A DNA stretch of 61,742 nucleotides, filler included, from Sluysia triapertura (taxonomy: Eukaryota), in NCBI GenBank assembly GCA_046118255.1. It is 4 parts of 4 records of this genome, joined end to end, with 100 filler letters (N's around TTAATTAATTAA, not from the genome) between each part and the next. Parts side by side here need not be neighbours in the genome. Positions count along the whole stretch, not along the records: positions 11,434 to 36,072 come from JBJNIA010187390.1; 3 more parts are not named here. One strand, 5' to 3'. The notes below the pieces were generated by a model. That model was given only the letters and a program-made list of their open reading frames with translations, ran no database searches and was not told where the DNA came from. The position numbers were made by a program, and so were the translations under genes. Shown here one piece after another: positions 11,434-26,700 of the stretch; the first letter of the stretch is position 1; every line of letters begins with the position of its first letter.

Positions 11434-12468
11434 ATATTTATATATATTTTTGTCTGTAGTTTTTTCTCTCTTTTATTATTAATTTTATTATGTAATTCGA
11501 GATTATTTCATTTTTCAATATAAGTAAAAGTACTTTCAATTAAAGTAAGCACTTTTAAAGTGCTTTCCTTATAAAAGACGAAGTAAACAATTGTTGATAC
11601 TCAAAAGAAAAAATCTAGAAAAATGTAAAAGAAAACAGTTTAAAAAAGATAAAAATTATAAATGAATCTAAGTAATAGATTGGTTTCTTGTGGACTCAAA
11701 ACAATACAAAGACCCAGATTTATCACACTTAATGTATCAAAAATGTGTTTATTTTAATTCTTCACATTCCAAAACAGTTGAATCAGACTAATCCGAAATG
11801 ACATGGTGCAAAAAGACTTTGAATTAATCGAACAATAGATGTTATAGAGAAACTATAAGTTAATTCACATGAAACGGTTAGAAAATTTTGTAAAATAATT
11901 CAAGGTCCATTAAAATAAATAAATCATCAATTTAAAAATCAATACAATTCAAGGGAGTCTATACGAACAAGGTTTTAATTTTAATTTTTAATGCAAAATG
12001 AATTATTTCTCAAATTTCATTCGATTTCAATTTGTTTAATTTAGTGACACTATGTGATATCCCAATGGATTTTATAAAATGCATCATTAATATCATTATT
12101 ATATATTTTACTCATTATAAGATGCATTATAATCGTAAAGAAGTTATTGTAATGGTTATTGTAATTAGAATGAAAATATAAAGGTAATTTAATGTCCTGA
12201 ACAAAGTATAAGTTGAGAATAATCTACTAACTTTCATTAATTATTACGACTAAATTATAGTTTTAATTAAAATTATTTTAATTTTATTATTTAAAATTAA
12301 TTTATTAATGTATTACTAACTAATGTTTATTAATGCAATAAGATAAACCAATTTCTGAAGAAACTAATTTTTAGTAATATTTAAAATCACTTAATGTAGG
12401 AAAGTGATGAAACAAAATGCTCGATAAAAAATATTTATGTAACAATTTTTATTTTTTCTTGAATAGAT

Positions 12469-12470
<2 letters not shown>

Positions 12471-12529
<59 letters not shown>
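12471..12529. repeat. (AAT)n microsatellite
   Basis: Directly visible. Confidence 0.95.
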
Positions 12530-12530
<1 letters not shown>

Positions 12531-14681
12531 CAATAGGAAATTGTAAATAGATTATTAGAGAAAATTATTTAAAGTTATAACATTATGTTAGAAAAAATAC
12601 GAAATTATGAGGATGCTATAGACATAATGAAAAAACTATTGAAAGCAACAAATAATTAGTAGAAAATGATATTAATTAATTTGGATAAGCATTTTAAAAA
12701 ATAGGTAAAAGCATTTGGTTAGTACTCGCGCCTAATGATTTATCAATTCTGGAATTTTTCAAATTTACATGGATAAATAGTTTAAAAAAGAAAAACAAAA
12801 GCAAATGTAAATATTTGTGCTACATTAACATTAGAAAATGTAACTGGTTAATTCAACTTTATATTGGATTTTATCTAATGAATTTAAATTGAGTTTTATG
12901 AAAAGTTTATCTAAAAAAAACGATTTTTAGATAATACTTTTTTTACCAAAATATTATTCAAATAATTATTCAACTTCAAAATAATCAGGCAGCAATTACA
13001 ATATACCATTCATATAATTACAATTTTGTTCGGAATCACTAACATTTTTCAAAAGTGTAAATGTGACTAATAACTAAATGACAATATTGTTTATTTTGTG
13101 GGATGGCCGCATTTATTTTGTTGGAAAATTTTTATTATTATTATCCTCTTGTGAATCATCACCCTCATCGACAAATTCTGCTTGTAATTTGGTACCTAAA
13201 TAGGTTACACTATAAGCAGATTTTAACAAGACTTTTAATCATTCCAGAAAATGTGTTTTCAGTATCACTGCAGATTTATCGTACTTACAAAATTAATTAT
13301 AAGCAATCTTTTGGAGAGAAAAATTTGATGTCTATCTCGTATAAGTTATACAAATTTTTTACATACAATAATGTTTAGTCAATAAAATTATTCTTTAAAC
13401 GCAATACTTCAGTTGAGAAGTTAGGAAAGTAATAAAAAAATTTAATTTGCATCCAAATAATAAGATATGAAACACATTTTTATTTGAAACTGTTTTTGGA
13501 CACTTCATTCATTGATACTTTACTAATTCATTTAGAATTTTCTAATTACAAAAACATTAACATTTTTGAAAGCATTTTTTCCTATTTTTAATTATTCACT
13601 TAAACATGCAAATTAAAGATAATACAAAAATTATATTACTGTCTCTAAAACTTTTCTTCATAAGCACTATAATTATTCGAAATTTAATGTTTGTTATTTG
13701 TATAATATAAAATTGAACGAAAAATATTTCACCTACCTAATTTTTCATATTTTTCTTCAAAACATTCGCATTTAGGAATTTTACTGAAACAGACCCATGA
13801 ATTCATGTAAAATACAAAAATAACGCCCCCAAGGACTATTAATACCAATACAACAACAAAAATGATAAGTTCAATACTATCTAAAAATTGTTATTTTAAA
13901 TGAAATATATAGAAAAATTTACAAGCCATGTTACTGAATTTAAGAATATCAATAAAATAAAATTCAGATTTTTTATTTTTCCAAAGTGAAATTTAATAAT
14001 CAATTTAAACAAAAGAATAATATTTTTATTAATGATATTATAATTAGCATGCATATCATTTTTTCAAACTAAAATGGTTTGACAATTTTAATTTATAATT
14101 ATTTCAAAAATTAAATATAGATTTTAAAATGTTAAAATGACTTTTGTGTAACTTTAATTTTTTGCATAAAAGGAATTTGAAATTTTTACTAACCAATAAA
14201 GCTAGTTACAAAAACATTAATTACTTGGTACTTTAAAAGTTAAAATAAAATTTACATAATTTGCTAGTTTTACTCAATTATTATTGTAGTAATTATTAAT
14301 TTTCTTTAGCGTAATTTTAAATATTTTCCTACAATTTTTAGTGTTTCTACTTTAAAAGATGCAATATTAATAAACCGTGAAACACGTTAAAAATTATATG
14401 AAAATATTGAATGCATAAACTAGAATTACTATTCAATAATATTAAAATAAAAAAATAATGCATAATATTTGCTTAAATTTAAAATGTATAATTTTTAATG
14501 ATATATTTTAAAAACATTACGTATTTATAATATTTGGTAAAAAAATTATATGGGTTATAAAAATTATAATTTTATTTGAGTAATATTTAAGATATTACTA
14601 TTTCGTGAAAATATTTTATTTTCTATATACTAATTTTGTTATTTATTTATTTTAAATATTTTATAATTGCGTTTGAATTAA

Positions 14682-15467
<786 letters not shown>

Positions 15468-16176
15468 GTTATATTTCAAAGTTAAATTTTATTCTAAGTG
15501 ATATTATTTGAGATTTCGCCTTAATTTACATTTGATTAGATCTTTAATTAAATAAATGAGATATATTCCACGATTTTGTAATATTTATATTTTTAGTAAA
15601 CATTTATAGCTTTCCTACGACTTTGGCTGTGATTTTTTTTTATTTGAAAATTGTTTGTGATCAAAATTAGTTTTTCAATTATTCAGCAGTTTGAACTTTG
15701 AAAATTTTATTCATGTAACATTTAACTGTCATTTGAATTATTCTGTAGCATATGCTTTTTTGTTTTGTATTATAAATTGTTAACTTTGGTAATGTTTTTT
15801 ATAGTTTTATAATCTAAAAATAATTTTTGTTTTGTACATACTAAAGAATTGATAATTCTAATTCATGTAAATAATACTACTCGGCTAAATAAACTGTTAA
15901 CATATTAAAAACCTTGCATGATGAAAGTAAACATACTACTTTGGTTTTTTTGAATAGGCGCTAATATTTAACAAAAATGCTATATACAGTTCGCTACGAT
16001 CGGACAATTGTAAACATCTGGTTCACAATTAATGTGTTTAAAATCCATTTCATTCCGAATTATGTTCCAAAGACTTCGGTTTTAGTTTACATTTTCATTT
16101 GTGTTTATAAATTTGGTTTTGGTTTCTTTTGCATAAATCATCGATGGTATTAGATTTATGAACTCTTACCAAAATA

Positions 16177-16308
16177 AAGTGGATCCCCATATAAGGCGAC
16201 CCTCAATTATTAAAGAATAAATGTCATGAGTTAATGATATATGTTAATTTGTTTTCGTTCGAAAATTCTTATAACACTATACTTACCGCGTTATACGGGA
16301 ATCCACCG
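16177..16308. mobile_element. pogo/Tc1-type MITE (132 bp)
   Basis: Imperfect TIRs AAGTGGATCCCCATATAAGGCG / CGCGTTATACGGGAATCCACCG, with TA on both sides. Confidence 0.7.
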
Positions 16309-16310
16309 TA

Positions 16311-16800
16311 ATTGCAACAAGTGTTTCAAATTTTAAAATTAAAGGTGAATATTTCTTAACGAATCTGTTTGATGTTGGGAGGAAATGCCAAAGAAAATAT
16401 TTCATTGAATGTAACGTCAGAAGATTAAATAGATTTGAACTATTCAAAATATCAATAATTATTTATATATTACATAAGTGTCCAAAAACAATGGGTAACT
16501 TTTTCATTTAACCATTATAGCTAAATATTTTAATGTGTAGTTTGGGTAGAAATATTGATTTGATAATAAATCTCTTGACATTCCTTCGATTTGGTGTGGC
16601 CTAGTGGGGCGATCAAACAAAATGAAGATAATTTCTTTAGAATTTATTGAAACATTTAGTTTAATGAACCCAATTTTGAGTAGGCTATTAATCATTTTTT
16701 CCATTGACTTTTGCACTAATTGTTATTGTTGTAAATTTTATTCAAAATATATCTTGTTTATTTTAATGCATTATTTACTTAGTGATAAAATATTGATTTT
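16311..16800 (-). pseudogene. Highly decayed integrase-like (Ginger/retroviral-type) remnant
   Basis: Across frameshifts: SP..PHQ-EGM-KRF and WLNEKVTH..W..DVTFNEIF, reminiscent of the P.HP.S.G.VER and W..N....TP.E..FG integrase motifs. Confidence 0.3.
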
Positions 16801-17562
16801 TAAGAATTCAAAAACTTTAGTATGATCAGAATGCAAACAAACAAAATTAATGACAATTATATAATCTTGAAATATGACAAATAATAATATCAATGTTTAT
16901 AATTACAAAGATTATGTCGGAATTTAAGTAGTTATTTAAATTTAGTACAATTTTACCATAATCAGATAACATGCGAACATTTTATTTAGTTACAAAAATG
17001 ATATAATAAAGTATTATTGAAGATAATAAAAAATTCCCAAACCGAAATGATATTCTTTAAATGTGATTAATACAACTATAATAATTTCAAACTTCGAAGC
17101 AGTTGTTATTAAATATATACACTTACTTAATTTCACATAAAACTTACAAGATTACTTGAGTTTTTGCATTTAACTGAATCTAAACCTTAAAAAATAAAAA
17201 TGCTATAAAATTGTTAAAAGATTGAATATGTTGTCAAATGCCTATTACAAAAGTAATAAATTTGATCAAAGCTAATAAAATTGTGGTCAATGCATTTTAA
17301 CTTTTAGGCGAATTAAATTATGGTGAAGTAAATTATGATTCTTCAAATTTAAGGTATATAAAATGTTTGGTTAAAAAACCTATTCGGGTTATGCTATTGA
17401 ATCACAAAAAATCATCTGTCATGTCTGTATCTAAAATTAAATTAATAATGAAATTTATGGAGATTATGAAATTTTTAATAGAATTAATATTTGAAAATTA
17501 GAAAAATAGTTAGAAATGAGTAAAATTATTTATTATTATGAAATGTATAATATTATTTAATG

Positions 17563-18984
17563 TAATTGATGATTTTGAAGGGTTTTTTATTTTTTATGGT
17601 TGAAAAATTATCAAAAACTTCACAAAACTAATTAACCAAGCATTAAAAGTTTCAATTACTGACGAACAATTTAACGAAATAGGCTTAATGCCTTTAAAAA
17701 TGAACGTGATTTTAAAGTCAAACCAACAAAACTTAAATAAGGTTTATTAACAAAACAGAAAAATTTTATGTCTATGATCATACTCGTTAGAATTTCTTTT
17801 AAAAACGATGAAAGTACATAAATCTGCTTGCTTGATGTTGATTTCACGAGATTAGATACGGAATTAAAATTGTTCAATACTAAATCAGCTAATTTAATAT
17901 TGTTGGTCGAACGACATTTTAAATATAGACACTCTTTCATTATGGAATTTCCTTTGAATATATTTGGAAAATTTATCCATACTACTTCATTGCAATGGAA
18001 TAATACAGAATCATTAACTGTAATATCAAAACTTAATTCTTCATAAAAACAATGATGGTTGCAATTACATGAATTTAAACAAAAACTAAAATTTAGGTTT
18101 TATAATTTTTAACTATGAATTATTATGTTGCCTGACTCTATGCAACAAAATGCTATAAATAGTACAACCAACAAAATCCTCTCTAAAATCTTTTTATTTT
18201 TAATGTCCGTATAATGATGTCATTGTTGATTGGGCATTCAATCCCAATAAGTAAAATTGCAATACAGAGATAGACTTGACTAGACGCCCAATCAATTGCT
18301 GTATTAACGTAAATAAGATTATAAGCGTGTATGCTTGTCACCATGCTGTTAAAATAATTGACGTAGAGAAATGACGACAAGCAAAATGACACCACACATC
18401 TGGAAACTCTCATCAATCCACACTTTATACAAAATGCGGCATTAATTTGATTAAATTACTGTCGATTGGTGACAGAATATAATGATTGAATTAATTAAGT
18501 GTTATTGATAAAAAAATGAATAATAATAATAATTAAAATGCATAATTCTTTAAAAATTCGTATTACATGATCTTTCTTTTAATTGTTCTTTCGTTTCTAA
18601 ACACATAAGTAAACAAATTTAACTGAAGTGAAGTTTGTTGGCCTAAAATACTAAAAACGATTAAGAAGTGTGAACTTAAAGTTTTTCCAAGTGTAACTAC
18701 TTGAGGGTGAATGAATTGAGAACTTGAAATGTTTTGGGTTAATTTTAAAATATATGTTTGATAATTTAAGGTGTAATTTGTGAGTTAAGAATATTTTAAA
18801 TGGGATTTGAAATATATATATTAATGTAAGTATTATTTTGATGTTGTACAGTTGTGAATTTAAAATGCTTTGAAGTATGAAAATGTTCTAATAGATATGA
18901 GTAGGTAAAATATAAAATGTTAATGCATGTGATATTGCGAATACAAAATTAATTTTAATTTTAAGCTAAAGGTTGACTACCACG
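17563..18984 (-). mobile_element. Cargo-bearing solo-LTR-like element, copy C (~1.4 kb)
   Basis: 18620-18984 is clearly homologous (reverse complement) to 40265-40540. Palindromes at 18228 and 18278. Candidate TSD TAATG at 17558-17562 / 18985-18989. Cargo ORF remnant ~18050-17670 with no recognised domain. Confidence 0.65.
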
Positions 18985-19929
18985 TAATGTTACTCGAAAA
19001 TCCCAAAAGCCTATCAAGTTTTCAAGAATACCTGAAAGTTAATACGGTCTTATATGATCTCAATATTAACAAGCTCAAAGGTACTTTGATTCCTTCAAAG
19101 TTTTTCCAAGTCCTTTTTAAGCTTCCAAAAGTCTCGACATCTTATATAGGTCTTTGAAATGTCAAGGTATTCTTTAGCTGTTAAAATTATTATAGATGTT
19201 TTTATTATCATGATTTTTATTTCGACAATGTTTATAATGTTCAATCCATCAATTTGTACCAGTTCTTCCTTTATTTTATAGTTTTATGTGTTTCTCACAC
19301 ATCCCATAATCTACAGTTTCACAATCCCAACAACACGACAAATGTTTACGCCCGCATTAAACAATAATAAAATAATAGAAAATGCGAATTACTAACCGCA
19401 ATAATCATAATATTGCTTATAAGACTGTGGCGATTGCTAATGCTAAATCCTCAAGCACAATATCTGTCATAAATTTATTGAGGCAACTCTCTTAATGGAA
19501 ATGAAGATGATTTTCTTTATTTTTTCTCCTGATATGCCTAGATATTTTGTTCTAGTTTTATTACGAAAATAATTGGAAAAATTGTAAACTAAAAATAATT
19601 ACTTCACGTAATTATTTATTCTTTTTAATCTTTCATACACCGACGAATTTCACTAATTAAATTTCGAAAGTAATTTTCGTCGGCTTCCAATTTTATTGTT
19701 TCCTGTATTTACACAAAGATAATGAGATTTGTGACGAGCAGTACCTAGTTCGGATGTTGATTAATTTGAATATTAATTTATCTGTTTTTTATTTATTTGG
19801 AAGATTAATTGTAAATCAGAATTATCTATAATATAAATACTCAAGCTTTTATTTTTATAATCAGTTATGAAATTTATTCTGGTGACTGATTTAAGGACAT
19901 GAATGTGATGACTGTTTCGAATTAGAATT

Positions 19930-20150
19930 TAAGTTCAAAACGGACTTAAAGTCCTTATAATCGTTAAAATTAAAGGTATTCTTACAAATTATTAAAATAG
20001 TATTATTCACTTATCGATAAAATGAATAAAATAAAGTAGTTTCGAAATGGACTTAAGGTCTTTGTAATCCTTAAGATTAGAAATATTGTTGGAAATTTAA
20101 AACAATTATTATTAGCTTAATTAAGAAAACAATTAAAATAAAACAGTTTC
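19930..20150 (+). repeat. Imperfect ~105-bp tandem duplication
   Basis: GGACTTAAAGTCCTTATAATC (~19941) and GGACTTAAGGTCTTTGTAATC (~20049), with similar downstream sequence. Confidence 0.7.
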
Positions 20151-20930
20151 ACATGTATTAAAACATATTATAAAAACATATTCATACTGAACTTTTTCAA
20201 TGTACAATCTGACATCTCTAGAGACGAGACGACTTCGCCTTTGATGGTTTTGGAGTTTTCACGTAACGTAATTTGAATTCGGTACATTGCAAGAAAACAA
20301 TAAAATCTAACATATATAAAATCCGGTGACAGCTACAATAACTTTCACCTGTTCTTAGTATTGTATCGCGTGATAAGTCTCTAATTTGAATTCTTTGATA
20401 ACAAAAATAAATACATTTTAGAAGTATCCTCTTTAGGAGATAACGAGCTACTTAAGAGATAGTTTTATAATATCATCATTATCATTAGGAATGTTAATTA
20501 TCAAATCATTATTGAAAAACATGGAAGGAATATAAGTAACCCTTCGATGCAATTTTGTTAAATGTGAGCCATGAAAAATGCAAAATTTAAATTCAGCATT
20601 TTGTAAAAAAAACAGCATTCAAATTAATGTATATAATTGCTTCATAAAGTTGAAACATTTGGTAAGTAACTTACTTTAAAAGTACGTTTGATGCAGTCGT
20701 ACCATCGCGCGTAAGGATGAAGTCAATTGCTTTAACGATCAACCTATTTCCATCAACAATTACAAGATAAGGATTTACATCCCTATAATAACAATCACAT
20801 CTTTTAGATTTAAAAATAGTATCAATTAAATTGTACAGAATTCTTCAATAAGCACAAAGCAATAAATGAGAATTAACAGAAAGAATAAGGTAACTTTTTT
20901 TGAGTAGTAACTAACATAGTATTCACGGTT

Positions 20931-21272
20931 TTATGACTGACATACAGTGTACACTTTTGAAAAGATTGGTTCCATTTTAAAAAACAAAAATTGGCACTCA
21001 TCCGAACAATATGTAGACATATTATGCCGGTTATATTCATATATGAGGCGTCTGCGAAGAGTTGTTATCATGATAACAATGGATAACTCTAGTTCTACAT
21101 GTGATCTTTCATTAAACTTGAGCTCCGCACGACTTTGATCGATATGATTATCAGACTGACCATCATGGCAAAATCTAACATACAATACACCGTGGATAAT
21201 TTGAAGATACGACATCAATTTGGATAACCTGCCATTGAACCATTCCGAACTCAAAAACCATTTGTTTATCAT
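20931..21272 (-). pseudogene. Decayed MYND-type zinc-finger ORF
   Basis: IHCYH.. (adjacent frame), then YEYNRHNMSTYCSDECQ..TVC; YCS..CQ is the MYND signature. Confidence 0.45.
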
Positions 21273-22024
21273 AACTTCAAAAAATTAATGTGATGTAACC
21301 ATCTCATAAATTCATATTTATAACGTTTTTTATTGGTCGACTAAATAAAAGTGCATTTAAACAAATAATAAATAATTTTCACATAAAAATTAAATAAAAT
21401 TTACATTAATAATTTAATCACTCTAATGCTTTAACCTGTAAAGGTGTAAATTATTTTCTGTGTTTTTATGTGTGTTTTTATTTAATAATTATTTTATAAA
21501 TATTATTATTATTATAACTGAAATAAAAAAAATAAAAAATTAAATAAGATAAAAAATATAAATTAAAATTAAATAAGATACAAATATAAAAAAAGAAAAC
21601 CAAGTAAATTTTTAAACTTTTGTTTAAATTAAATAATTTATTTATTTTTAGGAATTTTGTTTAAATTAAATAAGTAGTTATTTTTAGTAAAATTTTAAAT
21701 TATTTTCGTTACATTTTTAATAAAGAAAATTATTATTCACAAAGGAGACCTTTGTCCAAGTAAGTATAAATAGATTAATTTGAAACAGTTTAGGCAGAAT
21801 AAAAAAATTTTAGACACAATAAACAGCAAACAATAATTAGTTATTAAGATATCAATCGTCAAGTAACAGTTGACCTTAACGAAAGCAGGATCGAGAAAAC
21901 TTTCAATAATTTTTGTTTACCAATTATGTTAACCAAAGCAATCAAGTAATTTTTATTATTAAGGTTTCCATATTCACCCTAAGCGGGAATATTTAAAATC
22001 TCAGGCAAATTATTGTATATTTTT

Positions 22025-22400
22025 CAACACCTTAAAATAGGGTTGAGTAATTATCACTTTTAAAATATACATATAATCAATCTAAATATTGAATTATTCT
22101 AAAATTATATTATTACTATACAACTGTTTTTTATAATTTAGTTTTTTCCTTTTTTGTTCGTATTTGATAGGTAAAATAAAATATTAGAGAGTTTGATAGT
22201 TTTCATTGAATTTATAAGTTAAATCAAGTTGAAGAATTTGCACAACTAAATAAACCGTTGAGTTAAAATCCATATTTTTGGCAACACCTTAATAAAAGGG
22301 TTGTGTAATATAAATAAGATATTCTTTTCAATACAACATCTCAGTAAGAGAGTTGTGTAACTTGTTTTCTTAACGCCTTAATAAAAGGGTGTGCAACCTA
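22025..22400 (+). repeat. Clustered ~25-nt hairpin-like direct repeats (CAACACCTTAATAAAAGGGTTGTG)
   Basis: Copies near 22025, 22282, 22334 and 22371. Confidence 0.7.
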
Positions 22401-23772
22401 ACTAAAATCAAAATTTTAAGTAGTCGAGTTTATTTAGTTGTATTGATTAACAATTTAAGCTAAGTTTCTTAAATTTAAAACCCTAATAGTACGTCTCCAG
22501 AATTGGTATAAAACGTATATATTAGGTGGACTAAACCCTCAGATAATTTTGCTGTTAAGTGTAAGTTACATTATAAAAAACACCAGCAGCACTATCATTA
22601 TCCACAAAATATAAATCGCTTTAGATTTCCTACAGACGATAAATTATTATACTGTAATTGTGAGTACACTAAAATTTTGGTTACTAACTTATAATTATTA
22701 TTAAATCAAGTACAAAATTTTTAAATTAATAAAATAAATCACATTTTACATTTGAAATCATTTTATCTTAAATTACGTGTGGAATAAAATTTTTGTCTGG
22801 GATTGTTATATTAAAATTCATAAAGTTATTATATAGTTATTTTTCATTGTTGTGAATAAAGTTTCATTCAGTAAAAACCTTATTTATTTGGCTGTTTGAA
22901 AAGCGAAATGTTTGAACTCTATCCCTTACATAAGAGACGAGTACTTACTCAAGCCTCTAGGATAAAATTACACTAAGTTATTAACGAGGAATAAAAAAAG
23001 GTTTTTTCATCAACAAATAAAATAAAATATATTATTAAATAAATTAAACACACACACACACATGTACACTTTTCATAATACTTTGTAACTGTATATTTGT
23101 TTCTTAATATACACTGGTGACGCAAAAATGCGTAAAGAAAATTAAATTAAAACATTTTTCAAATTTATCACATAGGTTTCTTAAGATTAGGATTTGTAGA
23201 TTTAAAATCTTTTTAATAAGAAATGAAATTTTCATAAATTTGTGCTAATCAAAGCTATTTAATAAATTAACAATAAATTAAAATTAAATATTAGGAATAA
23301 AATATGTAAAAAATCTAAAGAACCCATTAATTGACAATGTAAAGCAAAAGTTAATAAAGTTAGATCAAATCTTAAGAATCTTAATAAAAGTAAAACTGTA
23401 TAATTTTTATAAATAAATTTAACAAATGCAAAAGGACATATCATAAAATAATAGATTACAACAAAAATATTACACAACTACCAATTCATTAAGTAAAGAA
23501 ACGATATTACAATTAAAATGTAATACATTTGGACACGTGCGATGCTTGATAGTTATGTTATCGTTATTTTTTTATTTATACTGATTTCAATGTAGTCTTA
23601 ATAAAAGCTAATTGTAAATAGTAATTAAAATGTTTTGCAATTTACAGGATAAAAATCATAAAATCAAATATTTTTATGATCTTCTAAGTATGTTCCTTAC
23701 AACTTAACACTTAAGTTCTCACATTCGTCTACAACACCGATAATAGTTTAGAAGAAATATTTGATAACTAAC

Positions 23773-26700
23773 CCAACTTCGATTCATACCAATATCAGTG
23801 TGGTCAAAATCAGTACTAATTCCACCAGCAGTTAGGTTATCACCGTCAACAAAAGTGTCATGATCGTTTGAAAAGTATTCTAATTTCTTGTTCGAATTCG
23901 TAAAATTTATGTCATCATCTCCGTCATTTTCGTCATCATCATCACCATAATCAATATTAGTTTGCCTATAGTACAAACGGCATTTCCCGGTGGATAAATC
24001 AGAAGAAAATGGTTCATCTAAATGAAACAAAATATGTATATCTTTATAATTAAATCTAAAATACGCTAAACAATAACCATAAATCACTAAATTCATAGAT
24101 AGACCAAAAGTATTGTAAGCGAAGTATTGTTGAGACTTATATTGGCTTAGAATTTGTGGTTCAAAATTTTTATCTTGTTAGGTTATTAACAAGAACTTCT
24201 CTCATTTAGAAGTAAAGGAAATTTTACGTAAATCTGTTTGTTTTACGCATCATCAAATTTTTTCTGCAAATAGTTTAAGCAAAAAGTAAGATTTTTTTAT
24301 ATTCAATATTAAGATTCATATGTGGCCCAGTAAGAAACTAGACTAATGGTAACAAAATTACAAATAAATTGTTATTTTTACAGAAAAATTTCAAAAGCAA
24401 TTAAAGATTTTAAAATTGCTTATGCAAAATTTGATAAGATTATAGATATTCTGAAGTCAAGAAGTAAAAGGAAAAAATCAGACAAATCTAGTATGGTTGT
24501 AAGGTTATCAGACATCCTCTATAGGCTAACGCATAATTTAACACCTTTTGCGTGAGTGTAAGTTAAGTTTAGTATCAGATTTTAAACACTAGAGAACAAA
24601 TAAGTATAGATATATTTTTTGTTTAAAATTTAAAATTCATCAATATAAATAATTTAATTTTTCTAATTTATAATAAATGATCAAATATTTTATTATTTTT
24701 AACTAAATATGAAAGAAAGAAACCGTAATAAATTACGTAGTTCATTGAAATTCAAAATAACAATGAGTCTAAGATTAAAGCGTTTAATGAAGGTGATTTA
24801 AATACATTAGAAATGTCAAAGAGCTCCACTGATTCCATTTCAAATAGACTTAGCAAAAATAACTTTGGAAAAGGTTATGTTGATTTTTATGAACATCATT
24901 AATTCATCACTGTAACATCTAAAATAAGTTTCCACAGAAAAACACTCGTTATATTACTTTTAAATAATCTTCAAAATAAAAAAACTATCGTTTGACGAAA
25001 ACAGTTACCTTTAGAATTAATTACAGTTTAAATGGTTTTAATGTCACGTATTATTAAATAATATAGCCAAAATTTTTTAAAATGAGTTATAATATTTGGT
25101 GATTTCAAAAAGTAATGAATTTTTAATACTATATCAGTCAATTAAGACTAATTTATTCGTCGATTACTTCAAAAACATCATCAGATGACAGTTCTTTGGA
25201 TTGGTGAATAAAAAACATTAAAATATTAATTTTCAAAATAAATAAAATTAATAATAAAACATTAAATAATTTTAATATTACAATTTTAAATTTGTTTATT
25301 TACATCAAAAACAATTTCAATTTTGCAATATTTATTGGTTGGAAAATTCTATAGACGGAATTTTCTAGCAAATCAACATAACTATTCTAGTAAATCAGCA
25401 TAATTATTACGAGAGAAAATTAATTCTTCAATTCAAAAGAAGAGAAGATCAATGCAGTAGTAAGTTTGTTTCTTATAGGTTTGATTCTTACGATAAACTA
25501 AGAATTAAATTTTCCTACTTAAAATCTTTTATTGCATATCGCTAGACCTTAATAAGACTAGCTTAATTTAACATTAAAAATTGTTTTTAATATTAGAAGC
25601 GTAATCTTTCTAAATATTAAATTAAAATATTACAATTATAAGTTTTGTTTACATTTCGTGTTATAATTTTCTGTTTCAATTTTGTGCTGTTAACAAAAAT
25701 TAACTTGTTGATCTCACTGTTGTTAACAAACTATTGAATTACTTTGCTAGACCTTAAGAAGTCTAGCTTAACATTTAAAATCCTAAAAATATTTTTTGAT
25801 TTGCACGCTAGACCATAACCGCCTAGCTCAAACTATTTTTTAGAAAACTAGACCATAATTAGACTAGTTTAATTGACTGTTATATTAGAAATATTTGCTG
25901 TTTAGAGCTCATTTCTGCGTGACAATTGCTTGAGGCATAAAGGCAAATTTAAATTAAACTATAGTGATTCAAACTTTAGACAAAACCTAATAGGACGCCT
26001 TTAAGCCGTGCTTAAGTAAACTTAACTTCCAGAATTATTTTGCAAGTATAGATTTTAAACTTTCTTAGCATAAATTCTTGCATACAATATATCAACAAAA
26101 CATATATTAAAAATCTTAATCCTCAGGCTACTATCAAAGCTTACTAGAAAGAAATTTACGATATTGGAAAACCAGAAGATATCAAATTAAATAACCTCAC
26201 ATTAAGATGTTGCTTAATGGAATGATGTTCATTTTTTTAACTAGGTGTTTCTAATTCAAAAATATATTCAAAATTGAGTAATTTAGCTATATTGAAGGAC
26301 ATACTAGAATGATCCTAGTATGTATAAAATTAATAGTTCCGATAAATTGACGAACATATGATTTACATCGATCACTAACTCTTCATCTTCATGATTCCCA
26401 AAGTGGTCTATATCGACCCCAGTGGTCGATGAAAACCTGCAAGTGGTATCCGTAGGCGAAAAAATTGGGGGTCATTGACAAGAAATTTCAAAAATTGCAA
26501 AAGCAGTATAATTGATATAATTTTGATATTAAAAAAAATTACAAAAATATAATATTGATATAATTAATATCGTCGGTCTAAAGCTGAAACACTTATACTT
26601 ATTTATTTGTCCTGTTCCTGTTGATACCAAAGGCCCACTAAAGAGGAGCCAATACATACATCATTAGATATTGATTATAAATCTTGTTGCGAAATACATT

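Noticed and set aside
13110-13196. Minus-strand terminal exon-like segment as the 3' end of REPS (which would nest Rab14)
   Set aside because: No similarity to the REPS C-terminal coiled coil, and connecting exons could not be established.
25541-25867. CRISPR-like array
   Set aside because: Repeats are degenerate, spacers very unequal, there are no cas genes, and the context is eukaryotic.
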